Source: Lingula anatina
Taxonomy: Eukaryota > Animalia > Brachiopoda
Direction of reading: 5' to 3'
DNA: 64,000 nt
Assembly (NCBI GenBank): GCA_051362555.1
Contig: CM120644.1
Location: 4,224,954 to 4,288,953 of the forward strand
Shown here in pieces: positions 39,406 through 54,461 of this stretch. Numbering within the stretch: the stretch's first letter is position 1; every line of letters begins with the position of its first letter. The notes under the pieces were generated by a model. The model searched no databases. It saw nothing but the letters and a program-made list of their open reading frames with translations, and was not told the DNA's origin. Both the position numbers and the translations under genes were made by a program.

Positions 39406-41102
39406 ATGTCTAAGTTTTTCCAAAATAGTTGGGGATTATTAAGAATTGTGCAATCAAGATGGGGATTGGCACGAACCGTGTCATCTAACCAGATATTATT
39501 GACGAAAGGTTTACAGAGTGGGTTAGTGCTGGAATATACACCATGTAAGCAATCAGTTCGAGAACTGACCGGCCAAGTGACCGTCCAACCAGTACGGTTT
39601 AAGAAAGTAAGTAAAAATTAAGCAGTCAGTAATGATGGCGAGATTTACAGCACGGTCATCTCCAGTATAAAATACTGGTAAAACAATTTAATCCCTTTAT
39701 CCCGTACAGGGGTATGTATTTGCCATCTATCCTATCTACCTAACTGAGGCCCGTAGCCGGGGGAGGGGGGGATTGGGGGGGTTTAAAAGAACCGCCCCTT
39801 TTGGTGGGAAAAGGTCCCCTCTGGGTAAAATTTGATCTAGGTTCATGAAGTTTTTATTGAAAAAAGGTCCACTTTTTCAGAAAAAGAACCGTCCTTTTGG
39901 AATGTCTGGCTTCGGGTCTGTAACTTCTACACGTTCCCTGTACACGCAGTATTGTAGCTACCCGGTAGGGTGACTGCTTAGGGCATATTGTAAAGTCAGA
40001 TTTGGTTGTCCCAACATTTGCCTATTTGAGAGAAGATTATTGGATATTAAGGTATATTTTTTATGCAGAGCGTCGAGTGGTGTAGGTTGGGGGTGTAAAT
40101 TACTGAACATTAACTACATACGTGCGTTTGGGCCCGCAATCTTTGTGAACTGCGCAATGGCTTCTGAGTCCTCAAATGCAAAATAACCCAGACATGTAAT
40201 TTTTATGACGCAGATAGTGAAAGGACATAGTACTCGTTTTGAACAAGATGGAATAAAAAACAACTTTTTGCCTCTTGTGTATTTCACAGACAATAATGCA
40301 CATGTTCTTTGTCACCAACAATCTAGATGCCGACCGATTACCCCCCGGTTACTGCATCTGATCACTGGAGACGAAAGATACGAACAATATTTAATTGCTT
40401 CGATTCGAACGACGACGGCATCATTACAAAGGAAGACTTCGAGACAAGCGCCAGGCGCACCATAGAGCATCTGAAACTCAATGGTATATTTTGAATTGCA
40501 TCTGAATTTGATTAATCTAGGCTCTCAAATTTTTTTCAGTAATTATGATCACAACCTTCCATTCTGCCTCCGTCTCATTGTTTTTCTCTCAAAGACAGCA
40601 TAGATGTCCTTTTCGTTAAAGCTTTATTTTGAAACATTTTTTGCAATATCAAACATTTTTTTAATTATTTTGAGAAAACATTACCCCTTTTTTAGACGAA
40701 CAAGCAGCAAATATACTTAAACAGCGCCTTGACGGATGGGAGTTTATGTCCAGAGGTTCCAAAGATGCTTCTCAAATAACAGAGGAGGAATGTGTGGGAT
40801 TTGTTCTTTCAGTCGTCAATCATAGTACCTACCGGAAAGAGTTCTTCCCAATGGTGGTATCCGTGGGTTTCAAGGTCATGGACATTGATGGTGATGGTCT
40901 TGTAACAAAGGAAGAACACGCTGCTTACTTCTACAGCATGAACGTCTCTGTTGAAGAATCGAAGAAGATATTTGACGTGATGGACGCCAACAAATATGGT
41001 TTCATATCCATTGATGAGTACGCGCATGCGTATGCGGAGTTTGTTTTCACCGAGGATCCAAATAACAAATACAATGGGTTTTACGGTCCGTTAGTTGATT
41101 GA
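39406..41102 (+). CDS. EF-hand protein C2 with presequence-like exon (254 aa)
   Basis: Exons 39406-39606, 40327-40483, 40696-41102; EF-IV variant DANKYGFISIDE. Confidence 0.87.
39746..39920. mobile_element. MITE in intron 1 of C2, 5-bp TSD TAACT
   Basis: Inverted relative of 4601-4767; paralogous introns show the empty site cctaacttcta. Confidence 0.88.
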
Positions 41103-44100
41103 AGAGCGCACTTTAAAGTTGATGAAGGTGACATACAGTTGTAATACATGTGTAATATAAAAGATATACAATCTAGCGCATTATTTCCCGCCGTTTGTTG
41201 AAAGACGCAACATAACTTTTTGGTGATAATTTTAGTTCAATTCTTTTACAAACATAAATTTGAACTAAAGCACCACCTGTAATGGATTTATTTTCATTGT
41301 ATACGTGATTTTTCCACATATGAAACTAATGGACTCCAAACCCAGATTATAGAAATACAAGTTTGTTATAATATAATATAATATAATATAATATAATATA
41401 ATATAATATAATATAATATATGCACTTAGTATAAAGACATGATAAAGCAGGATTAAAATGGGTTCTGATGTGATTTATAATTTAAGGTGTCAGAAATGCG
41501 CAGGTGGTACCCAGAGATCCGTGATTGCTTGGGTCCGGATTCCCATTCAATTTTAGTGTTATGATATTTGACATCCATTTTAATTCTGCAACCTATTTTT
41601 GCTACCCATTTTCAAAGATTGGGAATCTTCAGAGATAACCCAAAGTCTTGCAGCTCAAATCAACCGGAAGTTCCCAGGACTTGGGTGGAGAGTCAGACAG
41701 AAATACTGGTAAAACAGCATGGTTTGGCAAAAATGTCATCCATGTGCTAGTGTTTCCGGTTGTTTTCCACGCTAGTAGAGCCATTGCAATTTTATGTTGC
41801 ACAACAGTACCAGTATACCACGCTTTGTGTGCTACTATTGTATTTGCTTTCTGAAACGATAATGACGGGGAATAAAAGGCTTCTATTGTTATTGAAACGT
41901 TTACCTCGCCTTGCGCCGATGCACGTGTGTTACTTATTTTAAACGACGCAACACAGTGCCTGGATCCTTTTATGCTTACCTGGACGATTTTCTTTGGTTT
42001 GAATGCTTCCCCTTCTCCCACAGGAGAGCTTACACTTCTTGACATAGTCAGCAAGGTTAGGGTTAGACGGAGTATTGGGGTTGATATATTTTATGGGACA
42101 ATGCTGCCTGTACAAGGTAATGGGGAACGAACTTGTGTATTACAATTCCATTACCAAAACTACTTCACCGGTGTAACGAAATTAAGGATCCGTGTAACAG
42201 AAAGTCCCGAGCTCTATTTAGTTATAATGGTAAGGGTTAGCCTGACCTAAGTGGGCCAAAATCTTTTAAATAAATAGGTTTTTAGATAATTAGGGTATTA
42301 GTAACATTGTAACCTTGAGATAAATGTGTCTGAATAAAATTATACAATAAGATATACACATAAAGGGTTTATATTCAGATGAAATTGAGTTCGTAATAAA
42401 ACACAGACCTCTAAAAGTTGGTTAAAGAAAAAATCGGAAACGTTCGTTCTTTAATTTAGTACATTAAAATTGGATTGATTAAGTGTTATCTTTATCTTTA
42501 CAGTGCAGAGTTAAGTGCACAGACAATTTAAAAGTTGGTTAAAGAAAAAAAATAATAACAGTTTTCGCGATCGGAAATGTTCGGTCTTTCATTTGGTACA
42601 TTAAAATTGGATTGATTATGTGTTATCTTTATGTATGACTAGTACCCGGGTCAGAAAATAACCAACCTGTCATAGTGGTAAAGTGACATGTTGTGGGCAG
42701 CTTTACAGTGCACAGTTAAGTGCACAGACAATTTAAAAATATAGTGCCCATCTATTGAATGCCGTCCACCTTTACAAGCGCTCATCAGTGGACTTGGCCC
42801 CAGTCTCACAAGGAAAAAAAAATAGCCAATTAGTTGAATGGGATTTCTACGAGAGTGCTGCAACACTGTTCCTGATAGGGGAATGTACCCATACAACGTT
42901 GGTAATTATATTCTTAGCCATGTTTCTTTTTTTTTTTTTTTTTGTGAAACCGGGGCCTGGAAAAACGACTCAGTGATGTATTAGTACTTGAGTCACCTCG
43001 TCATAAATCAGTACAATTGTGCATGATTAAATTTTAGTGTTGATTGACTGTGCTCTTATAAGCATTATTTATTGTATCAAAATTGACAAAATGATCTACT
43101 TTCTGCATCTTAATTTTATGATTTTTGTCTGTACATTGACGGCTTTGCTGCATTGTTTACCTATGACTTTGTTTTATGCTGAAGTTTGGTTTGGCTTCAC
43201 CTATGACGGTAAAGGGCACAATAGGAAGGTTTTTGTTTTAGCAACCCCATTAGCAGAGTGAACCATAACAAACACTACATTTACAATTTGATGCTAATTT
43301 TGAGAGAAATTTATTTGGCAATTAATTCCGCCGTGAAGATACCTTTATTTTTTGCTGACCGCAGTCTACAGGTGGTATGTCGTGATGCTATAATGGGAAA
43401 GCTACTGAATTAATTCAAATCACGTCACTTTTTTTGATAAGCCTGCCCGGAACAATCCTAGTTAGATTATTTCAGATGCTGTTATTTTAATATTGTTTCA
43501 CACCGAGTTTACATTTGACTTCACCTGTGACGTTATATAGAGCACGACGAGAACCTAAGCTGTTTACAAATTGGCAGTTTTAGGTGTGAGTAGTATTTGT
43601 CATTTCACATGTTGACTGTGGAGTTGCCCCGGAACTGTATGAATGTACGAACAGTCTTGATAAGCAAGGCTAAGGAAAGGCCTACCCAACTACCAGACTC
43701 GGCACCGAATGATCCTGAATTCACCGGTAGATCAGACCACACTACCCGTTTTCAAGGTGTGAGTCAGTACGCATTACACAGTATCAGACTCGACACCGCT
43801 CTTGCCTAGTACGCGATATGCATTATTTGACGAATATTATTGAGGTGATCAAGGCAAAAAATTATCAATGACCAACAAGCACAACACAGATGATACGATT
43901 CAATTTTGGTTGCATAGGAACCCATGTCTCTAACAATTATAGCCAGAATCTATAGTGTTTATTCATTCGTTTCATAAAAAAAATCATAGCAACACACAAT
44001 CGTTAAATGTATTTCTGAATTTATGAAATATTCAACTGTATAAATGTTTTTTTTATACTAAATCTTTTGTCCTTATACATAAGAAGGGGTTTTAGGAATT

Positions 44101-44255
44101 TAGAAGGGAGCTATGGCCTCCACCTAGGTACGATAGCATCCTGTGTCCTGGGCGTGGAAATTCTGAGCGAATGTACAATCCTCATCCCAGACAAGGTCCA
44201 GATAGATCGTGGACCGAAATGTTGTGTTTCACTGGTGTTATTTAGTTTCTTTGTA

Positions 44256-44286
<31 letters not shown>

Positions 44287-44511
44287 TTTTATCATCCTAT
44301 CTGGTGACCACGAAAAGTCTCTTTCATTGCCAATGTAAGTTTGATATTGTGAGTCAGGTCACGTTCATTTTATGATGTAATGCCATCATTTGTATGAATA
44401 TACAGGTAGGACGTTCTTTGTAGTCTATTGACATACGTGCGGAGATTTTGCTCGAATCGAGTTGAGTTTAGCCGAAGGATTCGTTATTTATCCAGTTTTA
44501 CTTTTGCCAAA

Positions 44512-45815
44512 ATGTCTAAGCTTTTCCAAAATAGTTGGGGATTATTAAGAATTGTGCAGTCAAAATGGGGATTGTCACGAACCGTGTCATCTAAACAGAT
44601 ATTATTGAAGAAAGGTTTGCAGCGTGGGTTAATGCTGGAATATACACCCTGTAAGCAACCAGTTCGAGAACTGACCGGCCAAGTGACCGACCAACCAATC
44701 CGCTTTAAGAAAGTAAGTAGAAATTAAGTAGTCAGTAATGATGGCGAAATTCACAGCGCGTTCATCTCCAATATAAAACACTGGTAAAACAATTTAATCC
44801 CTTGATCCCGTATGCATTTGCCATCTATCCTATCTACCTAACTTCTACACGTACCCTGTAGACGCAGTATTGTAACTACCCAGTAGGGTGATCGCTTAGG
44901 GCATATTGTAAAGTCAGGGTTGGTTGTCCAAACATTTGCCTATTTGAGAGAAGATTATTGAATATTAAGGTATATTTTTATGCAGAACGTCAAGTGGTGT
45001 AGGTTTGGGGTGTAAATTACTGTACGTTTACTACATACGTGCGTTTGGGCCCGCAATCTTTGTGAACCACGCAATGGCTTCTGAGTCCTCAAATGCAAAA
45101 TAACCCAGATAATTAATTTTATGACGCAGATAGTGAAAGGACATAATACTCGTTTTGAACAAGATGGAATAAAAAAAAACTTTTTGCTTCTTGTGTATTT
45201 TACGGACAATAATGCACATGTTCTTTGTTGCCAACAATCTAGATGCCGACCGATTACAGATGGAGGTCACGAGGAATGTGGGTTCCTTCATTCAAGATGG
45301 AAGTTAGTTTATCAAAATTCAAAATAATAAAAAAAAACCAAAATGCAAAGATAGCCCTGAACACCGTTGGCTTTATTATTGCAAAATCCCACACTATTTT
45401 GGAAGGTTTAAACTAATCTTACTAAGAAGGAGGGGGGGGGGTCGAAAGGCCAATTTACAGGTTTTAGTAAACATTTCAGATGCCCATTGATTACCCACCG
45501 GTCACTGGTTCCAGCCACTGGAGACGGAAAGTGCGCACATGTTTCAACTGCTTAGATTCAAATTCTGACGGCTGTATTACAAGAGAAGACTGGGTGGCAA
45601 CCGCTAACCGGACTGTCCAGTATTTGAGCCTTGATGGTAATTGGCTAATATGACATGGAATATACATATATGACCATCATCATAAATTTTACTTTATCGA
45701 TTTATAATGCTAAAAGAATACTGTTAAAAATGAGGAAGGGTATATTCATTGAAACTCTTAAACTTTGATTCCTTTTTGTAAAAATAAAACATCGATTTAA
45801 CTTGACATATATCTT

Positions 45816-45852
<37 letters not shown>

Positions 45853-46449
45853 ATGTGTATACGTGTTCATGCATCAGCTTAATCATAAGTTAAACTTACT
45901 CGATTAGAATGGTGTAAGAATACGGCTAGAAATGAGGAAGTGTATAAACATTGTAATTAATTCTTAAAGTTCGATTCGAATTTGTAAAAATTAGACACAA
46001 ATTTAGCTTAACATGTATCTTTAACTGTTTTAGAAAAGCAAGCTGACCTCATACTTAAGCAACGCCTGGCCATCTGGGAACGTTATGTGCAAAGTGTTAG
46101 GAATGACACTTCTGTCAAGATGACGTGGGACGAATACTTGAAAGAAACTTTGTCGATCGTGAACGAAATAAGCTATCGACGTGAGTTACTTCCCAGCATC
46201 ATAGCCGTGGAATTCAATACCATGGATATTGATGGCGATGGTCGTATATCTAAGGAAGAGCATGCTGCTTTTTTCTACACTTTACGCGCCCCAGATGATG
46301 ATTCGAAGAGAGTCTTCAACGTGATGGATAGCAATAAGGATGGGTTTATATCCATGGATGAATTTGCAGAAGGGTATATGGAGTTTTGGCTAACGGAAGA
46401 CCCAAACAATAAATACAATATGTTTTTTGGCCCCCTTGTCAAAATGTAA
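44512..46449 (+). CDS. Chimeric EF-hand gene: C-type presequence exon + B-type body (257 aa)
   Basis: C-type exon 44512-44712; 15-nt stub of C exon 2 at 45243-45257; B-type intron from ~45285; B-type exons 45480-45636 and 46034-46449, all open. Confidence 0.75.
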
Positions 46450-47559
46450 CTAGCTTCTTCCGTAACCAATTGCAATGTTTGTATGGCATTTTTTTCATGT
46501 TTGCGTACAAAGAGTGAGCTTTTGAAGAAACTGTCGCCATCATAGAACACTATAAACTAATGCTTGTAGATAAGTTGGGGTTAAATACATGAGGTTTAAT
46601 ACAAGATAGCAGCTTGATATATGTGGCCATCGCATTATACCTTAATACTTACACTTGGCTATGTAAATATGAACAGTTATGTATACATTCGTATATGAAG
46701 GTATCGATAAAGAGATTTTACTTTTATCATAAGTGCGGTTGGTTTGGTTTCTTGTAATCAATTACGAAAATAAAATTAGATCAAATATCAGCATTTTGTA
46801 TTGTTTTGATGTTTTCACACGTTTATATGTAGAAGCTGTTTTAACCTTAAAAGGTGCTTAAAATCTGTTTTGAACGTGATTATTACTGAATATGCATACG
46901 TGTAGTCGTTATCACCTAGCGTGCTAGGGAGGATACAGCTCAGCCAAGATATGCCAATACCTGAGGCAAGTACTATTGGTACGCCCCTGCTTCAACGCCT
47001 TAATGATGAGCGTCCAGCAGGGAGACACAATGTATCATTTATAAAGGGCTGCCATGTCCTCCAGTGGCCGATACTCTGACCAGGAAGTCATTCGGTCGGT
47101 TTAAATGTGTTTTGTTAATTCTTTTTAAATTGCTTGCAGTAAATGTTAATTATCATGTGCTCACTGAGTGGCCTGAACGTTTGAGATATATATTAAATGA
47201 TTGGTATAACGTCTGTAATCTGATCAGAATTCAAAACCTTTTTCTTTTATTGTCTTTTATTCATTCACTTTGGATCTTTCCAAAAAACATTCAAGCTTCA
47301 GTTAGATAAAATACAAGTGGAATGTTTTTGCTCAACGGTCTACCGAAGGACAAAGAACGTCGACTACCTGCATAATACAAAGTGAAGTGAGGCGGCTGAC
47401 AGCGCTCTTTTATTTATCAAGCTTACTCAGTGATCCCGCGACCAAAGGTTTAACAAAGAAACAAGTTAAATATGCATGATCTTTGCATTTCCAACAAGTA
47501 TACACCTAAACTTTTTGGATATCATACAAGTGTTATATTTTGACAGTTTCGTAAATGCC

Positions 47560-48346
47560 TACCCTGAGTGTCAGAGCAACGTAAAAGCTAGCTTGCTAAA
47601 TATACCTTGTGGTGGAGTCGCTTTTACTAACTCTGAAGACCAGCGGCCATGAAAGTTTCCCATCAATCAAATAGAACTGCTCCGCAGTGAAAATGCAGTT
47701 GAATGTCATCAGACCAAAATAAAACGTAAAACAAATTTAATTCTGTTTTATTTAATTTTATTTGCTGTATTTAAGATGTAAAGTGAAAAAATAAATAATA
47801 TTCTTCAGAAAGAAAAGATATATCCAATGTTTTTGTATATTTTGTTTATCAAAGAACATTTAGTCCCGAGATATACACGTGCACAATACATGTACTTGCC
47901 GTGTGCCAAATTTGACAGCTACACTGTATGCCCGATACCACTATAAGGGCTGCGCAATGGCTACACGAAAATAAGTTTTTACAGCAGAATGTTGCTTGTA
48001 TTGTGGCACTGACCTTCGACTGCAAGATATTTTCATTTCAAACTTCTAACTCCGCGTCAGGCACTTTAATTGCTTCTTGTCTCGCCTGCACGAGACTTCA
48101 GCGCAAGGCGGGAAAGGCAGCTCCAGGCGGCCAAACCTGTGACGTACGAGACTTATGACTTCCAAATATGGATCCAGGCGGACACAGCTGTGACGTGTGA
48201 CTTCCAAATATGGAAGCGCCCCTGGCAGAATTTTGAAGAAGAACGCCCCCGAGTTGCCACTGTTCGCTAGAGTCTGGTATTGCTACTATAAGTTATATAT
48301 GAAATCAAGATCGAGCTGGCAATACCGGAATCTAGAACCTAGGGTA
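47560..48346. mobile_element. Second copy of the TACCCT...AGGGTA element, perfect 8-bp TSD
   Basis: TAAATGCC at 47552-47559 and 48347-48354; both ends match 13739-15420. Confidence 0.9.
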
Positions 48347-49098
48347 TAAATGCCCTGCTTTGTGGTAATAATGTGGATATACATGTACGTGACAGTTACT
48401 CTACGCTCACAATGCGTGATTATATCTGAGCGTTGTGTGCTGGGGAATACACCCAGATAGATGCACAAAATTTAGAAAAGATGGTGGGAATATCTAGACC
48501 CGCCTTTTACATAACATTTTATGTATGTTTCCTCGTGTTCTCTACTAAGATAATTCGTGTTAGATACTAATATGAATTCAATGCATTTTTCTTTACTATC
48601 CTTTTTTTATTTCACTTGTAATATTTCTACAGATTATGTACCAAAAAATGAAAAGAAACAAAAGAGAGTAATTAGTTCTAGCTAATTACTTAAAAGGTAA
48701 GGGTTGACATTGTTATGAGTTTTGAACATTCTTAGCTTATATTTTTTTCAGTCAACCAACGTTTTATCTAATTCCGATATTTGCTATTTGCTAGTAAGAG
48801 CCTGGTCTTCGAAATCTAAAACTAATATTCAATCTTGAAATAGTGCCTCCCAGTTACTTAAGTAATAATTGACGACGCAGACTTTATAATAATGACGAGC
48901 AATAAGCTGTTGTCAAATCGATCACTAATTCTAAACTATACCGGGTTTTATGCAAAATGTAATTTGCCCGGAACCACGAGAGCCTGCATTCAGTTTTGAC
49001 TGCGAGGTCAAAATATTTATCAGTGACCAACAAGCACAACACTGCTGATACGATTCCACTTTGGTTACATAGGAAACCATGGCTCTCACAATTATAGG

Positions 49099-49413
49099 CA
49101 GGCCTAGCCAACTACCAGACTCGGCACCGAATGATCCTGAATTCACCGGTAGATCGGACCACAATACCCGTTTTCAAGGTGTGCGTCAGTACGCGCTTCG
49201 AGGTATCAGACGCGACACTGCTCTTGCCTAGTACGCGATGTGGTGGTGATGATTCTCAGTGGGATTGGAAAGTAGTGCATCTCATCTCAAAATTTGTTCC
49301 GGGGTATGCTACTGTGAAATGTGTACTGACGCACACCTTGAAAACGGGTGTGGTCCGATCTACAGGTGAATTGGGGATCATTCGGTGCCGAGTCTGGTAG
49401 TTGGGTAGACCTG
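49099..49413. mobile_element. ~315-bp MITE with ~90-bp TIRs, CAGG termini (partial copies 9910-9991, 38608-38843, 43677-43815, 58544-58640, 63384-63520)
   Basis: caggcctagccaactaccagactcggcaccgaatgatcc...ggatcattcggtgccgagtctggtagttgggtagacctg; flanks ATAGG/ATAGA. Confidence 0.85.
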
Positions 49414-49713
49414 ATAGATACAGAATATATTTAATCTTCATTTCATAAAAAATCATAGCAACACACAATCGTTAAATGTGTTTCTGAATTTATGAAATAT
49501 ACAACTGTATAAATTGTTGTTTATATCAAATCTTTTGTCCTTATACTTAGGAAGGGGTTTTAGGAATTTAGAAGGGAGCTATGGCCACCACCTAGGTACG
49601 ATCATCCTGTGTCATGGGCGTGGGAATTCTGAGCGAATGTACAATCCTCGTCCCAGACAAGGTCCAGATAGATCGTGGACCGAAATGTTGTTTCACTGGT
49701 GTTATTTAGTTTC

Positions 49714-49825
<112 letters not shown>

Positions 49826-50046
49826 ATCATCCTATCTGGTGACCACGAAAAGTCTCTTTCATTGCCAATGTAAGTTTGATATTGTGAGTCAGGTCACGTT
49901 CATTTTATGATGTAATGCCATCATTTGTGTGAATATACAGGTAGGACGTTCTTTGTAGTCTATTGACATACGTGCGGAGATTTTGCTCGAATCGAGTTGA
50001 GTTTAGCCGAAGGATTCGTTATTTATCCAGTTTTACTTTTGCCAAA

Positions 50047-51578
50047 ATGTCTAAGCTTTTCCAAAATAGTTGGGGATTATTAAGAATTGTGCAGTCAAAA
50101 TGGGGATTGGCACGAACCGTGTCATCTAAACAGATATTATTGAAGAAAGGTTTGCAGCGTGGGTTAGTGCTGGAATATACCCCCTGTAAGCAACCAGTTC
50201 GAGAACTGACCGGCCAAGTGACCGACCAACCAATCCGCTTTAAGAAAGTAAGTAGAAATTAAGTAGTCAGTAATGATGGCGAAATTCACAGCGCGTTCAT
50301 CTCCAATATAAAACACTGGTAAAACAATTTAATCCCTTGATCCCGTATGCATTTGCCATCTATCCTATCTACCTAACTTCTACACGTACCCTGTACACGC
50401 AGTATTGTAACTACCCAGTAGGGTGATCGCTTAGGGCATATTGTAAAGTCAGGGTTGGTTATCCAAACATTTGCCTATTTGAGAGAAGATTATTGAATAT
50501 TAAGGTATATTTTTTATGCAGAGCGTCAAGTGGTGTAGGTTGGGGGTGTAAATTACTGAACGTTTACTACATACATGCGTTTGGGCCCGCAATCTTTGTG
50601 AACTACGCAATGGCTTCTGAGTCCTCAAATGCAAAATAACCCAGACAATTAATTTTTATGACGCAGATGGTGAAAAGACATAGTACACCTACTCCTTTGA
50701 TCAAGATGGAATAAAAAAAACTTTTTGCCTCTTGTGTGTTTTACTGACAATAATGCACAAGTTCTTTGTCGCTTACAATCTAGATGGCGACCGATTACCC
50801 CCCGGTTACTGCATCTGATCACTGGAGACTTGTCGTATAACAATACGAACAATATTTTATCGCCTCGATTCGAACAACGACGGCATCATTACAAAGGAGG
50901 ACTTCGAGACCAGCGCCAGGCGTACCATAAAGCATCTGAAACTCAATGGTATATTTTGAATTCCATCTGAATTTGAATTATCTAGGTTCTCAAAAGAATT
51001 TCGTGCAGTAATTATGTTCATAATCTTCCATAGATCCATTCTGCCTCCGTCTCCCTGTTTTTTCTCTCTAAGACCGCATAGATGTCTTTTTCATAAAAGC
51101 TTTATTTTGAAACATTTTTGCAATAACAAACATTTTATTTGAATTATTTTGAGTAAACTTGTCCTCCTTTTTAGACGAACAAGCAGCAAATATACTGAAA
51201 CAGCGCCTGGAACTATGGGAGTTTCTGTCAGGTTCCAAAGATGCTTCTCAAGTAACAGAGGAGTAATGTGTGGGATTTGATCCTTCGGTCACCAATCAAA
51301 GTACCTACCGGAAAGAATTCTTCCCATTGTTTGTGTCCGTGGGTTTCAAGGTCATGGACATTGATGGTGATGGTCTTGTAACAAAGGAAGAACACGCTGC
51401 TTATTACTACAGCATGAACGTCCCTGTTGAAGAATCAAAGAAGATATTTGACGTAATGGACACTAACAAGGACGGTTTCATATCCATTGATGAGTACGCG
51501 CATGCGTATGCTGAGTTTCTTTTCACCGAGGATCCAAATAACAAATATAATGGGTTTTTTGGTTCTTTAGTTGATTGA
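50047..51578 (+). pseudogene. C-type EF-hand pseudogene C3
   Basis: Exons 50047-50247, 50784-50948 (net +8-nt insertion ttgtcgtataaca giving a frameshift and in-frame TAA), 51175-51578 (GAA>TAA at 51264-51266). Confidence 0.88.
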
Positions 51579-52938
51579 AGGACTCATTTTAAATTCGATG
51601 AAGGTGACTTAATATCGGTACATGTGTAATATGAAAGATTTACAATCTAGCACAAAATCTTCCGCCGTTTGTTGGAAAACGCAACAAAACTTTTTGATGG
51701 TAATTTATAGTCCTATTCTTTGACATATATGAATGTGACCTAAAATAACATCTGTAATGGATTTATTTTCAATAGCACACGTGATTTTTCACAAGTATGA
51801 TGCTAACAGACTCCAAACCCAGATTATGGAAATACAATTGTATGCATTCAAAATATAATATAATATAATATAATATAATATAATATAATATAATATAATA
51901 TAATATATGCAATTGTAGTATAAAGACATGATAAAGCATGATTAAAATGGGATTGATTGAATTTTTTAGGAGTCATTAACGAGCAGATGGTACCCTGGGA
52001 TTCGTGTTTGGGCTTAGGTCCAGATTCCCATTCAGTTTTAGTGTTATGACATTTGAGATCCATCTTAATTCTGCCACCCATTTTGCCAACCATTTTCAAA
52101 GACTGTGAATCTTCAGAGATAACCCAAAGTCTCGCTGCTTGATAAGAGCCAAATCAACCGTGAGTTCCCAGGATTTGAGGGGAGAGTGGGACAGAAATAC
52201 TGGTAAAACAGCATGGTGCGGCAAAAAATGTCATCCATGTGCTAGTATTTTCGGTTGTGTTCTACGCTAGTAGATCCATTACAATTTTATGTTGCGCAAC
52301 AGTACCAGTACACCACGCTTTATGTGCTACTATTGTATTGCTTTCTGAAACGATAATGACGGGGAATAAAAGGCTCCCGTTGTTATTGAAACGTTTACCT
52401 CGCCTTGCTCCGATGCACGTGTGTTACCTATTTTAAACGACGCAACACAGTGCCTCGATCCTTTTATACATAAGCAGGGGTTTTAGGAATTTAGAAGGGA
52501 GCTACCCCTATAAGGCCACCACCTAGGTACGATAGCATCCTGTGTCCTGGGCGTGGGAATTCTGCGCGAATGTACAATCCTCGTCCCAGACAAGGTACAG
52601 ATAGATGGTGGACCGAAATGTTGTGTTTCACTGGTGTTATTTAGTTTCTTTGTAAAAAAAAAAAATAATAATAATAATAAATAAAAATAAATAAATAAAT
52701 AAATAAAATTATATTTTATCATCCTATCTGGAGACCACGAAAAGTCTCTTTCATTGCCAATGTAAGTTTGATATTCTGAGTCAGGTCACGTTCATTTTAT
52801 GATGTAATGTCATCATTTGTGTGAATATACAGGTAGGACGTTCTTTGTAGTCTATTGACATACGTGCGGAGATTTTGCTCGAATCGAGTTGAGTTTAGCC
52901 GAAGGATTCGTTATTTATCCAGTTTTACTTTTGCCAAA

Positions 52939-54461
52939 ATGTCTAAGCTTTTCCAAAATAGTTGGGGATTATTAAGAATTGTGCAGTCAAGATGGGGATT
53001 GGCACGGATCGCGTCATCTAACCAGATATTATTTAAAAAAGGTTTGCAGCGTGGGTTAGTGCTGGAATATACACCATGTAAGCAACCAATTCGAAAACTG
53101 ACCGACCAAGTGACTGACCAACCGATCAGCTTTAAGAAAGTAAGTAAAAATTAAGTAGTCAGTAATGATAGCGAAATTCACAGCACGGTCATCTCCAATA
53201 TAAAACACTGGTAAAACAATTTAATCCCTTGATCCCGTATGTATTTGCCATCTATCATATCTCTTAACTTCTACCCGTACCCTTCACACGCAGTATTGCA
53301 ACTACCCAGCAGGGTGATCGCTTAGGGCATATTGCAAAGTCAGGGTTGGTTATCCAAACATTTGCCTATTTGAGAGATGATTATTTGATATATAGGTATA
53401 TTTTTATGCAGGGTGACGAGTGGTGTAGGTTGGGGGTGTAAATTACTGTACGTTTACAGTACGTGCATTTGGGTCCGCCATCTTTGTGCAATGGCTTCTG
53501 AGTCATCGGATGCAAAATAACACAGACAATTAATTTTTATGACGCAGATAGTGAAAGGACATAGTACTCGCTTTTAACAAAATGAATAAAAAAAAACTTT
53601 TTTCTCTTGTGTATTTTACGGACAATAATTCACATGTTCTTTGTTGCCAACAATTTAGATGCCGACCGATTACCCCCCGGTTACTGCATCTGATCACTGG
53701 AGACGAAAGGTACGAACAGTATTTAATCGCTTCGATTCAAACAACGACGGCATCATTACAAAGGAGGACTTCGAGGCCAGCGCCAGGCGCACCATAGAGC
53801 TTCTGAAACTCAATGGTATATTTTGAATTGCTTCTGAATTTGATTAATCTAGGTTCTCAAAAGAATTTCGTGCAGTAATTATTTTCATAATCTCCCATGA
53901 CTCCGTTCTGCCTCCCTCTCACTGTTTTTCTTTCAAAGACCGCATAGATGTCCTTTTCATTAAAGCTTTATATTGAAACATTTAAGCAATATCAAACATT
54001 TTTATTAGTTTTATTTTGAGAACCCCCCCCCCCCCTTTTTTTTAGCTGAACAAGCAGCAAATGTACTTAAACTACGCCTCGAAGTATGGGAGTCTCTGGC
54101 CAGAGGTTCCAAGGATGTTTCTCAAATAACAAAAATAACAGAAAAGGAATTTGTGGGGGTTAATTCTTCGGTCGTCAATCAAAGTTCCTACCGGAAGGAG
54201 TTCTTCCCAATGGTGGTATCCATGGGTTTCAAGGTCATGGACATTGATGGTGATGGTCTTGTAACAAAGGATGAACACGCTGCTTATTTCTACAGCATGA
54301 ACGTCCCTGTTGAAGAATCGAAGAAGATATTTGACGTAATGGACACTAACAAGGACGGTTTCATATCCATTGATGCGTACGCGCATGCGTACGCGGAGTT
54401 TGTTTTCACCGAGGATCCAAATAACAAATACAATTGCTTTTACGGTTCGTTAGTTGATTGA
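52939..54461 (+). CDS. EF-hand protein C4 with presequence-like exon (257 aa)
   Basis: Exons 52939-53139, 53659-53815, 54046-54461; 9-nt duplication (QITKITEK); EF-IV position 12 Glu>Ala. Confidence 0.85.
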
